From assembly GCA_041917655.1 (NCBI GenBank), contig JAYRXC010000013.1:11886-75885 (forward strand): a stretch of 64,000 nt of DNA. The letters are read 5' to 3'. Within the stretch, counting starts at the first letter, position 1, and each line of letters begins with the position of its first letter. The notes under the pieces are model-generated. The model was not told where the DNA came from. It searched no databases and saw nothing but the letters and a program-made list of their open reading frames with translations. Both the position numbers and the translations under genes were made by a program. Of this stretch, positions 26,740 to 36,334 are shown piece by piece. The DNA comes from Ignavibacteria bacterium (GTDB lineage Bacteria; Bacteroidota; Ignavibacteria; Tepidaquicellales; OLB5).

Positions 26740-27897
26740 ATGGAAAACACCCAAAATCCCGAAACTAGCGCTTCAAGGAAAGAGCTTGCCAAACAATACG
26801 AGAAGATCAAGCTTATTGTAAGTGTTTCTGAATCTATCCTTTCATTTATTCTACTTATACTGTTCCTCTGGTTTGGCTACAGCAAAAGGCTGGAACTGTT
26901 CGCTTTAGGTTATACTTCGAATCCATACCTTGCCCTGTTGATATACGGCGTCATCATAGGCGGTGTGAGCGCGGTGATATCATTCCCAATCGATTACATC
27001 TTCGGCTTCAGGATGGAACATAAATTCGGCTTATCGAACCAGACATTCGGCGGGTGGATAGGCGAAAGGCTCAAAGGTGCCCTTGTTGGAGCAATTATCG
27101 GTGCGCCGATAGCTTTCCTTTTCTACTGGCTGCTTTCCGGCTATGAACTGTGGTGGCTTTACCTGGCATGTATAGTGTGGGTGTATTCAATTCTGCTTGC
27201 ACAAATTGCGCCCGTGCTGATCTTCCCGCTATTTTATAAATTCACACCTATAGATAACGAAGAGCTCCGTTCCAGACTGCTTGCAATGTGCGAAAAAGTC
27301 GGATTCAAAGTGAGCGGCGTGTATAAGTTCAACATGAGCAAAACCACGAAGAAGGCTAATGCAGCGTTTACGGGATTCGGCCGAACCAAAAGGATAATAC
27401 TCGGCGATACTTTGCTGGATTCATTTACTGAAAAGGAAATAGAAATCGTTTTCGCGCATGAGCTTGGGCATTACAAAAGAGGACACATAAAAATTAACAT
27501 ACTCATTTCACTATTCGGCACATTTATTGGACTGTTTGTAATGGCAAGTATCTATAAAATGCTGCTGCCGGTGTTCGGATTCCATTACCGCTATGAAATA
27601 GCGGCTTTGCCGCTGCTGGCGCTGATAGCCGCCGTTTACAGCTTCTTTACCGGTCCCATAACTGCTGCAATATCCCGCCGCTTCGAGTACGAAGCCGACC
27701 GCTTCGCAATCGATACAACGGGCGATATTGATTCATTTGCTTCAACAATGGAAAAGCTCGCCGGGCAAAACCTTGCCAACGACGAGCCCAACAAGCTTGT
27801 AGAATTCTGGACGTATTCACATCCTTCCATCAAAAAGAGAATATCCGCAGCGAAAGAATACTTCGCTCAAAGATTTCCTCCTACAGCAAAAGCTTAA
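26740..27897 (+). CDS. M48 family (Ste24/HtpX-like) membrane zinc metalloprotease
   Basis: Multiple TM helices. 'EIVFAHELGHYKRGH' (HExxH) and 'FEYEADRFA' downstream glutamate motif. Confidence 0.8.
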   Translation: MENTQNPETSASRKELAKQYEKIKLIVSVSESILSFILLILFLWFGYSKRLELFALGYTSNPYLALLIYGVIIGGVSAVISFPIDYIFGFRMEHKFGLSNQTFGGWIGERLKGALVGAIIGAPIAFLFYWLLSGYELWWLYLACIVWVYSILLAQIAPVLIFPLFYKFTPIDNEELRSRLLAMCEKVGFKVSGVYKFNMSKTTKKANAAFTGFGRTKRIILGDTLLDSFTEKEIEIVFAHELGHYKRGHIKINILISLFGTFIGLFVMASIYKMLLPVFGFHYRYEIAALPLLALIAAVYSFFTGPITAAISRRFEYEADRFAIDTTGDIDSFASTMEKLAGQNLANDEPNKLVEFWTYSHPSIKKRISAAKEYFAQRFPPTAKA

Positions 27898-29231
27898 AAA
27901 ATATAGTAGCTGATGAATCCACCTGTAGAAATTGAATACGATGAAGTGCGGGAAGAGTAAACATTGGCATAGGCGCTCATACTCAGCTTACTCAGAATGT
28001 AGAACTGCAGTTCCGCTCCGGCTCTGAAGCTGTATGAAAGGTCCCTATCAGTTTCCTTAAATTGAATAAGATCAAAATGTCCGCGTATTGCGGCAAACTG
28101 ACTGAAGTTATGAAACACATTTAAGTTAACCGAAGCTTTATGGTCATACTTCAAACTGTAATAATAATATATTCCAGGGTCAATATAGTCCGAAAAATTC
28201 CTGATGCTTCTCCTCTCTCTTAACAAAACCAGTGAATGAAATTCAGGGTCAAATCCATTTATATCCTGCTCGTTTATAGGAAATACGACTGCTGCGGAAA
28301 AAACAGCGCTGGTTCTTAAACCAATCGGATGGCCATAAAGAGCGCTAAAGCTGATGGCTTTATCGAAAGCTCTGTACGGATTACTTATCCTTTGGGAATA
28401 GGTGAATTCAGCCTGAAGCTGGTAGCCTTTGAATACCGGGTATAAAACATACTTATTGTTAGTGAGCGATTGATAAATTTCCATTGTTGCAGCAGCGTTA
28501 AGCGGGCCGGATATTATGCCTTTGTCAAGCAGCATTGCTTCAGTTTCCCCGAAGAAATGTATCTCGGCATTATCCCTGTATTTGCTTCGGTATTCCCCCA
28601 GGTTTCTGCGGTCAAGCAGGTTGTTCAATAATGTGCGCGTATTTTTATCCAGAGCTTTGGTAATATAACCGCGCTTGAGGAGAATTTTTTCAACGTTCGA
28701 AGCTTCGTTAACCACGAAAGCATTTGTGATCCTGCCTGTGCCAACATACGGGCTGAATGTAAATATATAAGAAGGTTTACGATGATTTTGAGCCTGCAGG
28801 AATCCCTCGGAATGCATCCCAAAGTATAAATGTTCAGGTACTATGTATCTGGAACCGGCAGCCGTGAATCCAAAAAGTATTCTGCTGGAGTGAATGTTCT
28901 TATCTATAATATTCGATTCAGGATAGCTGTATGAAGATCCGTTCAGCGTAGCTGATACTGTATAATCCAATGAAGGCGAGAAGCGCCATTTAGTGAATGA
29001 TGCCGAAAGGTCCAGATCATAAGAATATCCACTTTCAGCAGTGTCATTTTTATCTTTCTGCAGGTTGAATCTGGGACTTCCAGAAAGTTCAAGGTTCATT
29101 CCTTCCGATATCTTCGGAACGTCATAATCATTAATGGGATTTTGGGAATAGATGTTTATAGCTGCGGCGAATAGCAAGGCTAACAGGATCAAGCAATATT
29201 TGGTCATATGGTTATATGATAAATTACACAA
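27894..29231 (-). CDS. hypothetical outer-membrane beta-barrel protein
   Basis: Signal peptide 'LILLALLFAAAINIYSQ', S/Y/F-rich alternating strands and aromatic C-terminus 'ISYYIF'. Confidence 0.45.
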   Translation of the reverse strand: MCNLSYNHMTKYCLILLALLFAAAINIYSQNPINDYDVPKISEGMNLELSGSPRFNLQKDKNDTAESGYSYDLDLSASFTKWRFSPSLDYTVSATLNGSSYSYPESNIIDKNIHSSRILFGFTAAGSRYIVPEHLYFGMHSEGFLQAQNHRKPSYIFTFSPYVGTGRITNAFVVNEASNVEKILLKRGYITKALDKNTRTLLNNLLDRRNLGEYRSKYRDNAEIHFFGETEAMLLDKGIISGPLNAAATMEIYQSLTNNKYVLYPVFKGYQLQAEFTYSQRISNPYRAFDKAISFSALYGHPIGLRTSAVFSAAVVFPINEQDINGFDPEFHSLVLLRERRSIRNFSDYIDPGIYYYYSLKYDHKASVNLNVFHNFSQFAAIRGHFDLIQFKETDRDLSYSFRAGAELQFYILSKLSMSAYANVYSSRTSSYSISTGGFISYYIF

Positions 29232-29308
29232 TAATAATGAATAATCTTAGAAATTATAATACTTAAGCAATTTAACTTCATTGTAAATAGGAACGCATAA
29301 ATCTATAT

Positions 29309-30283
29309 TTGCCTATGAAACCGCAGATACTGCTGACAATCGGCGATATGAACGGGATTGGCCCGGAAATAGTGCTTAAGGCTCTCAGGAACAATGCCAT
29401 TACCCGGAAGTATGACCTTACAGTAATTTCGCCTTTGCCTGTAATTTCATATTATTGCCGTAAGCTTAAGATCAGACTGGATGCGGATAATTTTAATTTC
29501 ATTCCAATTGGAAGTCCCAAAGATATCCCCCAGCCGGGAGTGCTGAGCGCAAGGGCAGGTTTTGCAGCCGGACTCGCTATCGAAACCGCGGTTTCGCTCT
29601 GCAACAACGGCGAATATGATGCAATTGTGACTGCACCGATCAATAAAAAAGCGCTCAATATGGGCGGCTACAGATTTGACGGGCATACAGAAATGCTTAC
29701 GAAGCTCAGCGGGGCTAAAGATTCATGTATGACAATGCTCTCCGATAAGTTCAACATCGCATTTGTCACAACTCACCCGCCTATAAAGAAAGTATCTTCG
29801 CTTATTACCAAAAAAGTTTTGCAGAATAAGCTTGAAATATGTGCAGGTGTGCTTAAAAATAATCTGGGAAAGAAGAATGCCGAAATTGCTGTTCTTGGAT
29901 TGAATCCGCACGCAGGCGATGGCGGACTTATAGGTGATGAAGAGCGGAAAGTGATTTTTCCTGTCATTAAGTCTGCAAACAGCAGGTTCATGGGAATCAA
30001 AGTCACAGGCCCGTACTCACCGGACGCATTTTTTGCCGGCGGAATGTACAGGAATTTTGATATGACACTGGCAATGTACCATGACCAGGGATTTATCCCA
30101 TTCAAAATGCTTGCCGGTCATAAAGGTACAAATTATACTGCGGGATTAAGCTTCGTACGTACATCACCTGACCACGGAACGGCATTCGATATCGCCGGCA
30201 AAAACAATGCGAGTGAATTGAGCCTTGCAGAAGCTATCCGCTGGGCAGATAAGCTTGTAAGAAATAAGAACAAAAAGAAATAA
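29309..30283 (+). CDS. pdxA: 4-hydroxythreonine-4-phosphate dehydrogenase (true start probably the ATG at 29315)
   Basis: 'LTIGDMNGIGPEI', 'TAPINK', 'GHTE', 'LNPHAGDGG' and 'RTSPDHGTAFDIAG'. Confidence 0.88.
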   Translation: MPMKPQILLTIGDMNGIGPEIVLKALRNNAITRKYDLTVISPLPVISYYCRKLKIRLDADNFNFIPIGSPKDIPQPGVLSARAGFAAGLAIETAVSLCNNGEYDAIVTAPINKKALNMGGYRFDGHTEMLTKLSGAKDSCMTMLSDKFNIAFVTTHPPIKKVSSLITKKVLQNKLEICAGVLKNNLGKKNAEIAVLGLNPHAGDGGLIGDEERKVIFPVIKSANSRFMGIKVTGPYSPDAFFAGGMYRNFDMTLAMYHDQGFIPFKMLAGHKGTNYTAGLSFVRTSPDHGTAFDIAGKNNASELSLAEAIRWADKLVRNKNKKK

Positions 30284-30287
30284 CACA

Positions 30288-30956
30288 TTGATAAATTTTA
30301 ACGGCATATCATTTTCATATCCAACCAGGGAGCTTTTCCAGGATGTGAGCTTTACGATTGATAAGGGCGAGTTTGTGTTCCTTATAGGCGAAAGCGGCAC
30401 AGGTAAAACATCGCTGCTTAGAATGATCAACATGGAGCTCTTTCCCCAAAACGGGGAAGTAGTGGTTTATGGTTTCAGCTCAAAGCATATCAAAAAACCT
30501 GAGATACCTGTACTTCGCAGGAAAATCGGATTCGTATTCCAGGATTATAAGCTGCTTAATGACAGGGATGTATTTGAAAATGTCGCGCTGCCGCTTTATC
30601 TTTCAGGCGTAAAGCCCGATGTTATCAAGAAAAAGGTGTTTAATGTGCTGAATGAAGTAGGTGTGTTCGATTCATACAAAAAGATGCCGCATGAGCTGTC
30701 AGGCGGCGAGCAGCAGCGTGTATCGATAGCGCGCGCAATTGTTAATGAACCTTATATATTGATAGCCGATGAGCCGACCGGCAATCTTGACCCGTTTGTT
30801 TCGTTTGAAATTATCAAGCTGCTGCTGAACATAAACTACAAGGGTACGGCGGTATTTATAGCAACACACAACTATGATATAGTGCGCAGGCTTAAAAGCA
30901 AAAGGCTGCTGCAGATAAAAGATAAAAAAGTTTTGGATGTAGTTATCAAAGAATAG
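30288..30956 (+). CDS. ftsE: cell-division ABC ATPase FtsE
   Basis: Walker A 'GESGTGKTSLL', 'RRKIGFVFQD', signature 'LSGGEQQRVSIARA' and Walker B 'ILIADEPTGNLD'. Length and N-terminus are FtsE-like. No ftsX adjacent. Confidence 0.8.
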   Translation: MINFNGISFSYPTRELFQDVSFTIDKGEFVFLIGESGTGKTSLLRMINMELFPQNGEVVVYGFSSKHIKKPEIPVLRRKIGFVFQDYKLLNDRDVFENVALPLYLSGVKPDVIKKKVFNVLNEVGVFDSYKKMPHELSGGEQQRVSIARAIVNEPYILIADEPTGNLDPFVSFEIIKLLLNINYKGTAVFIATHNYDIVRRLKSKRLLQIKDKKVLDVVIKE

Positions 30957-30996
30957 CAGCCTTTTCTGGTTTATCTTTCATTGCCCATATGCCCGG

Positions 30997-32625
30997 TTAT
31001 TTGATAAGCAGCATTTTCCTGCATTCAGTTAGTTTCCCGGATGTTAACCTGTAGTAGTATGCCCCCGAGGAAAGCCCTGATGCATTCCAGTCAAATTCAT
31101 AGACACCTGGTTTTAGGTATGATTCAGCCAGCCGTAATATCAGCTCACCTATTGAGTTATACACTTCAAGACTAACAAACGATGAGTTCATGACTGAAAA
31201 CCTGATCTTTGTAGAAGGATTGAAAGGATTTGGATAGTTTTGAAAAAGACGGAATTCCGCAGGAGTTTCAGTGCTTACTGTTTGGATACCAGTAATCTGT
31301 GAGTATTTTATAACAGTATAGTCATATGAGTTTTGCGGGGATGAAATACTGCTTCCGGAAATTATCACATTCCTCTGACCGTCAAGGGAAACAAATGGCA
31401 GGTAATCAGCTGAGATTGTGTTTGGGGTAAACCTGGTGCTCCATTTTTCTACTCCTGAATTGCTGTACTTGATTGTCTTATATGCGCCGTCAACGCCTGT
31501 AACATAGATATTGGATGAGTCATCAAGCGCCAATGAGCTGATTTGATCGTTCACTGAATTGTTATATCTGCTGACCCATTGCTGTATACCTGAAGAGTTG
31601 TATTTGATAACGGCAAAATCAGTTCCTTCTGATGCCCCTCCATAGCTGCCCCCGCCTACATATATGTTGCCGTTATTATCGGCTGCAATGCATGTTGCCG
31701 CATCGGATTGATTTCCGGTTCCGTTATATCTGCTTACCCACATTTCGCTGCCCGAGGAATTATATTTAACTGTAACGTAATCAAAGGGAGATCCGGATGT
31801 AAAAGACCCTTTACCTGTTACATAAACATTGCCTGAATTATCTACAAACAAGGCACTTGCCTCGTCATCTGTTATACCGTTTGAACTGGAAAACCTGGAG
31901 ACCCAAAGCTGGTCTCCGTTCGTGTTATATTTTATTGTTGCAAAATCCCATTGAGTTGTGCCTAAAGCATTGCTCCGGCCGGTTACATAAACATTTGCGG
32001 ATGCATCTGTTTTGATCATAACTGCCTCAGCATCGCTGTTACCAAAATTATATTTTTTTATCCATTGCTGAATGCCCCCGGAATCATATTTAATGGTAGT
32101 ATATTGGCGTTTACCCGAGCCGCTAATGAGGGAATCGCACCATCCGGTAATATAAACATTATTTGATCCGTCAAGCGCGATTGAGTTGCCAATTGCTGTA
32201 GAATATGAAGATGAGTAAGCTGCGGTCCATTGCTGAATACCGGAAGAGTTATACTTTATAGTTATCATTCTTGCATCGCTCGAATTGATTTCTTCGTAAC
32301 CGGTAACATAAACATTACCAGTGCCATCAACTGCAATTGCCTGTCCCTGGTCATTTCTGTTTTGCACCCCGGAGTATCTAGCACTCCACTGCTGGATACC
32401 TGAGGAATTGAACTTTACAGTAGCAATATCAAAACCATATCCGGGAAAATTAGCGTTAGCGCTTCTTCCGGTAACATATGTATTGCCCAGGGCATCTGTT
32501 GTTGAAGCCAGTACAATATCCGATGCGAGGTTTGAGGGACCGGGTCCGTTGTAATAAGAAACCCATTGCTGCGTTACCTGGGAATACAGGCTGCAAGATA
32601 TGAACAGGATAAATAATATTCTCAT
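30997..32625 (-). CDS. T9SS cargo with SBBP-type beta-propeller repeats
   Basis: About nine repeats of 'D..GN.YVTG......D..T.KYNS.G...W' and CTD 'QNYPNPFNPSTKIRFSV...SGAYYYRL...CRKMLLIK'. Confidence 0.75.
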   Translation of the reverse strand: MRILFILFISCSLYSQVTQQWVSYYNGPGPSNLASDIVLASTTDALGNTYVTGRSANANFPGYGFDIATVKFNSSGIQQWSARYSGVQNRNDQGQAIAVDGTGNVYVTGYEEINSSDARMITIKYNSSGIQQWTAAYSSSYSTAIGNSIALDGSNNVYITGWCDSLISGSGKRQYTTIKYDSGGIQQWIKKYNFGNSDAEAVMIKTDASANVYVTGRSNALGTTQWDFATIKYNTNGDQLWVSRFSSSNGITDDEASALFVDNSGNVYVTGKGSFTSGSPFDYVTVKYNSSGSEMWVSRYNGTGNQSDAATCIAADNNGNIYVGGGSYGGASEGTDFAVIKYNSSGIQQWVSRYNNSVNDQISSLALDDSSNIYVTGVDGAYKTIKYSNSGVEKWSTRFTPNTISADYLPFVSLDGQRNVIISGSSISSPQNSYDYTVIKYSQITGIQTVSTETPAEFRLFQNYPNPFNPSTKIRFSVMNSSFVSLEVYNSIGELILRLAESYLKPGVYEFDWNASGLSSGAYYYRLTSGKLTECRKMLLIK

Positions 32626-32641
32626 TCTTGTATTAATTTGT

Positions 32642-34246
32642 TTATTTAACTACAATCATTTTTCTTGTTGCTGTGTAATCCTCTGCTGTCATTCTGTAGA
32701 AATAAACCCCGCTTGCAAACTGCTCTGCGCTTAGCTCCGTCTCATATATCCCCGGCGATAAGTATTGGTTTACAACAGTTCCTTTGGAAGAACCTTTGAT
32801 ATCGAATATTTCTATTTTAACATTAGAGCTTTTTTGAACGCTGAATCGGAACTTTGAAACAGGATTAAAAGGATTAGGATAGTTTTGCCCAAGTGAAAAA
32901 TCCATTGGAACTTCATTAGATACAGGATTAATTCCAATTGTTTGAGCAAGCTTTATAGTAGCTATATCATACCCTGTTCCTATTCCCCAGCTGGTACTGG
33001 TAATATAGGTATATCCGTTTACGTCAACTGTTATGCCTCCGGGACTATCATCTTTATTTGCGGGACCATTATAGGTATGCAGCCATTGCTGGTTCCCGTC
33101 AGGGTCAATCCTTATGGAAACACAATCAATGTTGCCTGTTGTATCACTGCTGCCTGAAACGAAAATGTTTCCTTCACTATCTGTGAAAATGTTGTAAAGT
33201 CTGTCATTCCTGGTTGAAGTCCCCGCGTACGTATATGTCCACAGTATATTTCCATCCGGGTTATACTTAATAACTGCCATATCTTCCCTGGAAAATAAAT
33301 AGTACAGATATCCTGCAACAATAATGTTTCCGTTTACATCCAGAGTAATAACATTTCCTTCATCGTTGCTGTTTGCTCCTCCGTTCGTTCTGGTTTGCCA
33401 TTTAGCCACACCGTTTGATGAATAATTTATCGTCATAATATCAAAATTTGTGCCCGTTCCTTTGCTTTCTCCTGTAATATAGATGTTGGAATCTCCGTCA
33501 ATAGCTAATGAATTAGAAAAATCATCACCATTGCCGCCATGATATCTTTTTTCCCATTTATACACCCCTGCGCTGCTATACTTAACCGTTAAGTAGTCAA
33601 AATCAGGGGTTGTATAGCTGCTTCCAGTTACAAAAACGTTTCCATATTGGTCAACTTTTATATCTTTAGCATAATCTTCTTTATCATCAATTGAATTATA
33701 TGTTTGCAGCCATTCAATAGTGCCGTTTGGCTGATATTTTATAACAAGGTAATCAGGATTACCGGCGGCCCGGTATTTATTGCCGCAAATATAAATATTA
33801 TCACTTTGGTCAATTGTTATTTCGTTTCCGGCATCTATGTTCCCGCCATTATACCTTTGTACCCATAATACATTTCCATCGCTGTCATATTTTATAGTAA
33901 CACAATCTTCCAATGCTGAACCTGCTCCAATGCTCCTGCCTGTAACTATGATGTTACCGGAGTTATCAATATCCATTGCGCTTATGAAATCACTTGCGTT
34001 ACCTGTTCCATTGTATTGTTTCACCCATATTATTGTACCGGCAGGGTTGTATTTTATTAACACATAATCATAATTTGTATTATATGTTGAACCCGCAGCA
34101 TATATGTTCCCGTCACTATCAGTTACAATATCCACGGCTGCTTCATAACTGTTTGCAGGACCATTGTAACGGGCAACCCATTGCTGAGATATTTGGGAAT
34201 ACAGGTAACATGAAGAAAATAATATGAACAAGATTACTATTCTCAT
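32642..34246 (-). CDS. T9SS cargo with SBBP-type beta-propeller repeats (paralog of 30997..32625)
   Basis: The same repeat type, 'D..GN(I/V).V.G......D(Y/C)(L/V)T(I/V)KY...G...W', and CTD 'QNYPNPFNPVSKFRFSV...SGVYFYRM...TRKMIVVK'. Confidence 0.75.
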   Translation of the reverse strand: MRIVILFILFSSCYLYSQISQQWVARYNGPANSYEAAVDIVTDSDGNIYAAGSTYNTNYDYVLIKYNPAGTIIWVKQYNGTGNASDFISAMDIDNSGNIIVTGRSIGAGSALEDCVTIKYDSDGNVLWVQRYNGGNIDAGNEITIDQSDNIYICGNKYRAAGNPDYLVIKYQPNGTIEWLQTYNSIDDKEDYAKDIKVDQYGNVFVTGSSYTTPDFDYLTVKYSSAGVYKWEKRYHGGNGDDFSNSLAIDGDSNIYITGESKGTGTNFDIMTINYSSNGVAKWQTRTNGGANSNDEGNVITLDVNGNIIVAGYLYYLFSREDMAVIKYNPDGNILWTYTYAGTSTRNDRLYNIFTDSEGNIFVSGSSDTTGNIDCVSIRIDPDGNQQWLHTYNGPANKDDSPGGITVDVNGYTYITSTSWGIGTGYDIATIKLAQTIGINPVSNEVPMDFSLGQNYPNPFNPVSKFRFSVQKSSNVKIEIFDIKGSSKGTVVNQYLSPGIYETELSAEQFASGVYFYRMTAEDYTATRKMIVVK

Positions 34247-34259
34247 AGTGTATAAATTT

Positions 34260-36119
34260 CTATTTTATTAAGATCATTTTTTTGGTATCAGTAAACGCAT
34301 TCGATGTTATTTTGTAAAAATATAAGCCGCTGGGATATGATGAAGCATCCCATTCGATATTATATGTTCCGGCTGCAAGATACTTATTAAGCATTTCTGC
34401 AATTTTTTCACCAATTAGATTATATATTTCAAGCCTTACAAAACCTGATATTGGAATATCAAAGCTGATTGATGTATTTGGGTTAAACGGATTTGGATAA
34501 TTTTGTCTGAGAGAATATGAAGAAGGAATTCCGATTTGATTGTTTATTCCTGTAATTACAGGAAGTGTACAGCCATTTGATGCAAATACATCCATACCAA
34601 TAGTTGTAGAGCTGTACTTGCTCCATATAGTCAGGCAGCTATCGTTATTTACAAACCTGATACCGGGTTTTGGAGGTTGCTTATGCGCGGAGCCTAAATG
34701 GTTCACCGGTTCTGTGAGATTGCCCCATACTCCATTTGTTGCGGTACATGATGTTACACTATCAAAAGTGCCTCCCGTAACATTAAGATATGAAACATAA
34801 TATTTCCCGAAGACATTTCTTCGCCCCACTAAATCCGGAGCTAAACTTATATTTAACCTTGAATCTATGTATTCTTTAGGCCAGGGTCCGTTTCCGCCAT
34901 TAGTTGAATAATAATAAGGGATATCCCAGTTACCTGAAGTTCCTATTCTTTCATCGCAAACTATCATAATTTCTTTATAACCGCCATTAGTTGCCACTCT
35001 TGCATGTGTTTTCCAGTTATTCCCGAAAATACCACCCCATGCATAAGTTGAACTGCCTGTAAAATTAGTAATGCTTGTTCTTGCAAGATATATGGCAGAT
35101 GAATCAGGAAGGTTAGATTCCGTTACAATTATCGAATCCCCCCCATTATGATAATAAGCAATATCCGGGTAGTTTCTGAAGCTTGGAGATGGAGTACAGG
35201 TTGTTTTATATCCAAATTGAGTTGGCTTTAACGTAACTGAAGGAAATATAGTATATGGATTTAATACCAATGCCGCGCGTTCATCTGAAGAAATATAATA
35301 TCCGATTCCGGGCATAATTGAATCTCTTGCCGCAATAATATACACCCATGCATTTGTATAATATGCGGCATTATCCGAAGTGATCCTTGGTCTGTAATAT
35401 TTAAGATTTGCATGTTCAGGAAATGCCAAATCGAAACTATACAATGAGCTGTTTGCTTTTAATATCGCAACACCAACTTTTTTCTGTAATCCTTGTGTTC
35501 TGCCGAATACGACCCATATATATCTATCTGCGGTATTGTTTTCAATTATTTCCATATCCAGTTCATCTTCATTGAATGTGGAACCGGAAAAAAATGTCCA
35601 TCCGCTTAAGAGCCATGTTAATCCGTTATCAATTGATTTATATATTAACAGTGTATCTGTATTAAAAGTAGGTTCACCTCTGGCAATAGCAACCCATATT
35701 TCACCTTCATTATCTCCCGGAACTTGTTTTGTGGCAGTAGCAATTGCTTTGACCCAGTTTCCTGAAAAGATCTGCGAAATACCAATTGCGGCGGAGTTTT
35801 GCATAAAAGGAGGATTGGATGAAGATATCACAAAGCAGTTTCCTGGTTTACCCGGCTTCATTGTAATTGAGCCTGTTAGTGCATCTAATTGCTTTTGCAG
35901 CGCTTCCATTTCATTTTTGTCACTTTTCAATTTTGCCTTAAATAGATTCTGCTGAAGTGTAATTATTTCGGAAGATAGTTTATTATCATCAAGGGTACTC
36001 TTTTTGCTGTCATTAATGAAGTTTCTATCGGATGATTTGAATTCTGGCATAGAATTCTGCTGTGAAGCCGCATTGCCTGCGGCGAATATCAACAATAATA
36101 AACAGCTTATTCTTATCAT
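34260..36119 (-). CDS. T9SS cargo with BNR/Asp-box motifs
   Basis: Signal peptide, coiled N-terminal segment, Asp-box 'SIDNGLTW' and a degenerate 'STNGGNGPW'. CTD 'QNYPNPFNPNTSISFDI...SGLYFYKI...TKKMILIK'. Confidence 0.65.
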   Translation of the reverse strand: MIRISCLLLLIFAAGNAASQQNSMPEFKSSDRNFINDSKKSTLDDNKLSSEIITLQQNLFKAKLKSDKNEMEALQKQLDALTGSITMKPGKPGNCFVISSSNPPFMQNSAAIGISQIFSGNWVKAIATATKQVPGDNEGEIWVAIARGEPTFNTDTLLIYKSIDNGLTWLLSGWTFFSGSTFNEDELDMEIIENNTADRYIWVVFGRTQGLQKKVGVAILKANSSLYSFDLAFPEHANLKYYRPRITSDNAAYYTNAWVYIIAARDSIMPGIGYYISSDERAALVLNPYTIFPSVTLKPTQFGYKTTCTPSPSFRNYPDIAYYHNGGDSIIVTESNLPDSSAIYLARTSITNFTGSSTYAWGGIFGNNWKTHARVATNGGYKEIMIVCDERIGTSGNWDIPYYYSTNGGNGPWPKEYIDSRLNISLAPDLVGRRNVFGKYYVSYLNVTGGTFDSVTSCTATNGVWGNLTEPVNHLGSAHKQPPKPGIRFVNNDSCLTIWSKYSSTTIGMDVFASNGCTLPVITGINNQIGIPSSYSLRQNYPNPFNPNTSISFDIPISGFVRLEIYNLIGEKIAEMLNKYLAAGTYNIEWDASSYPSGLYFYKITSNAFTDTKKMILIK

Positions 36120-36161
36120 TTTATCAATATATTGTGGTTTAATGCTTGTTATTATTTAACC

Positions 36162-36177
36162 GGCGTGCCGGCACGCC
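36162..36177. promoter_or_regulatory. perfect 16-bp GC palindrome in the divergent promoter region
   Basis: GGCGTGCCGGCACGCC, 43 nt upstream of the start of 34260..36119 (-) and ~160-180 nt upstream of the 36335/36356 start. Confidence 0.3.
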
Positions 36178-36334
36178 TTTATGGGTTATGTGCTTCGAAG
36201 TCACAGTACCCGGTTAATGATAATTTTCTGACAAATATATTTCATAAAATCAATCCCGGCAAAGAAATTAAGTGCGCAGTTTCACCTGCTGCAAGCTGCA
36301 AATCACAGAGTTTTAACTCGATTTTTAAGCAAAA

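Noticed and set aside
30288-30956. ftsE without an adjacent ftsX, as a possible anomaly
   Set aside because: Gene order for ftsEX is not universally conserved, and the next gene is convergent T9SS cargo. ftsX may lie elsewhere, and this cannot be assessed from one window.
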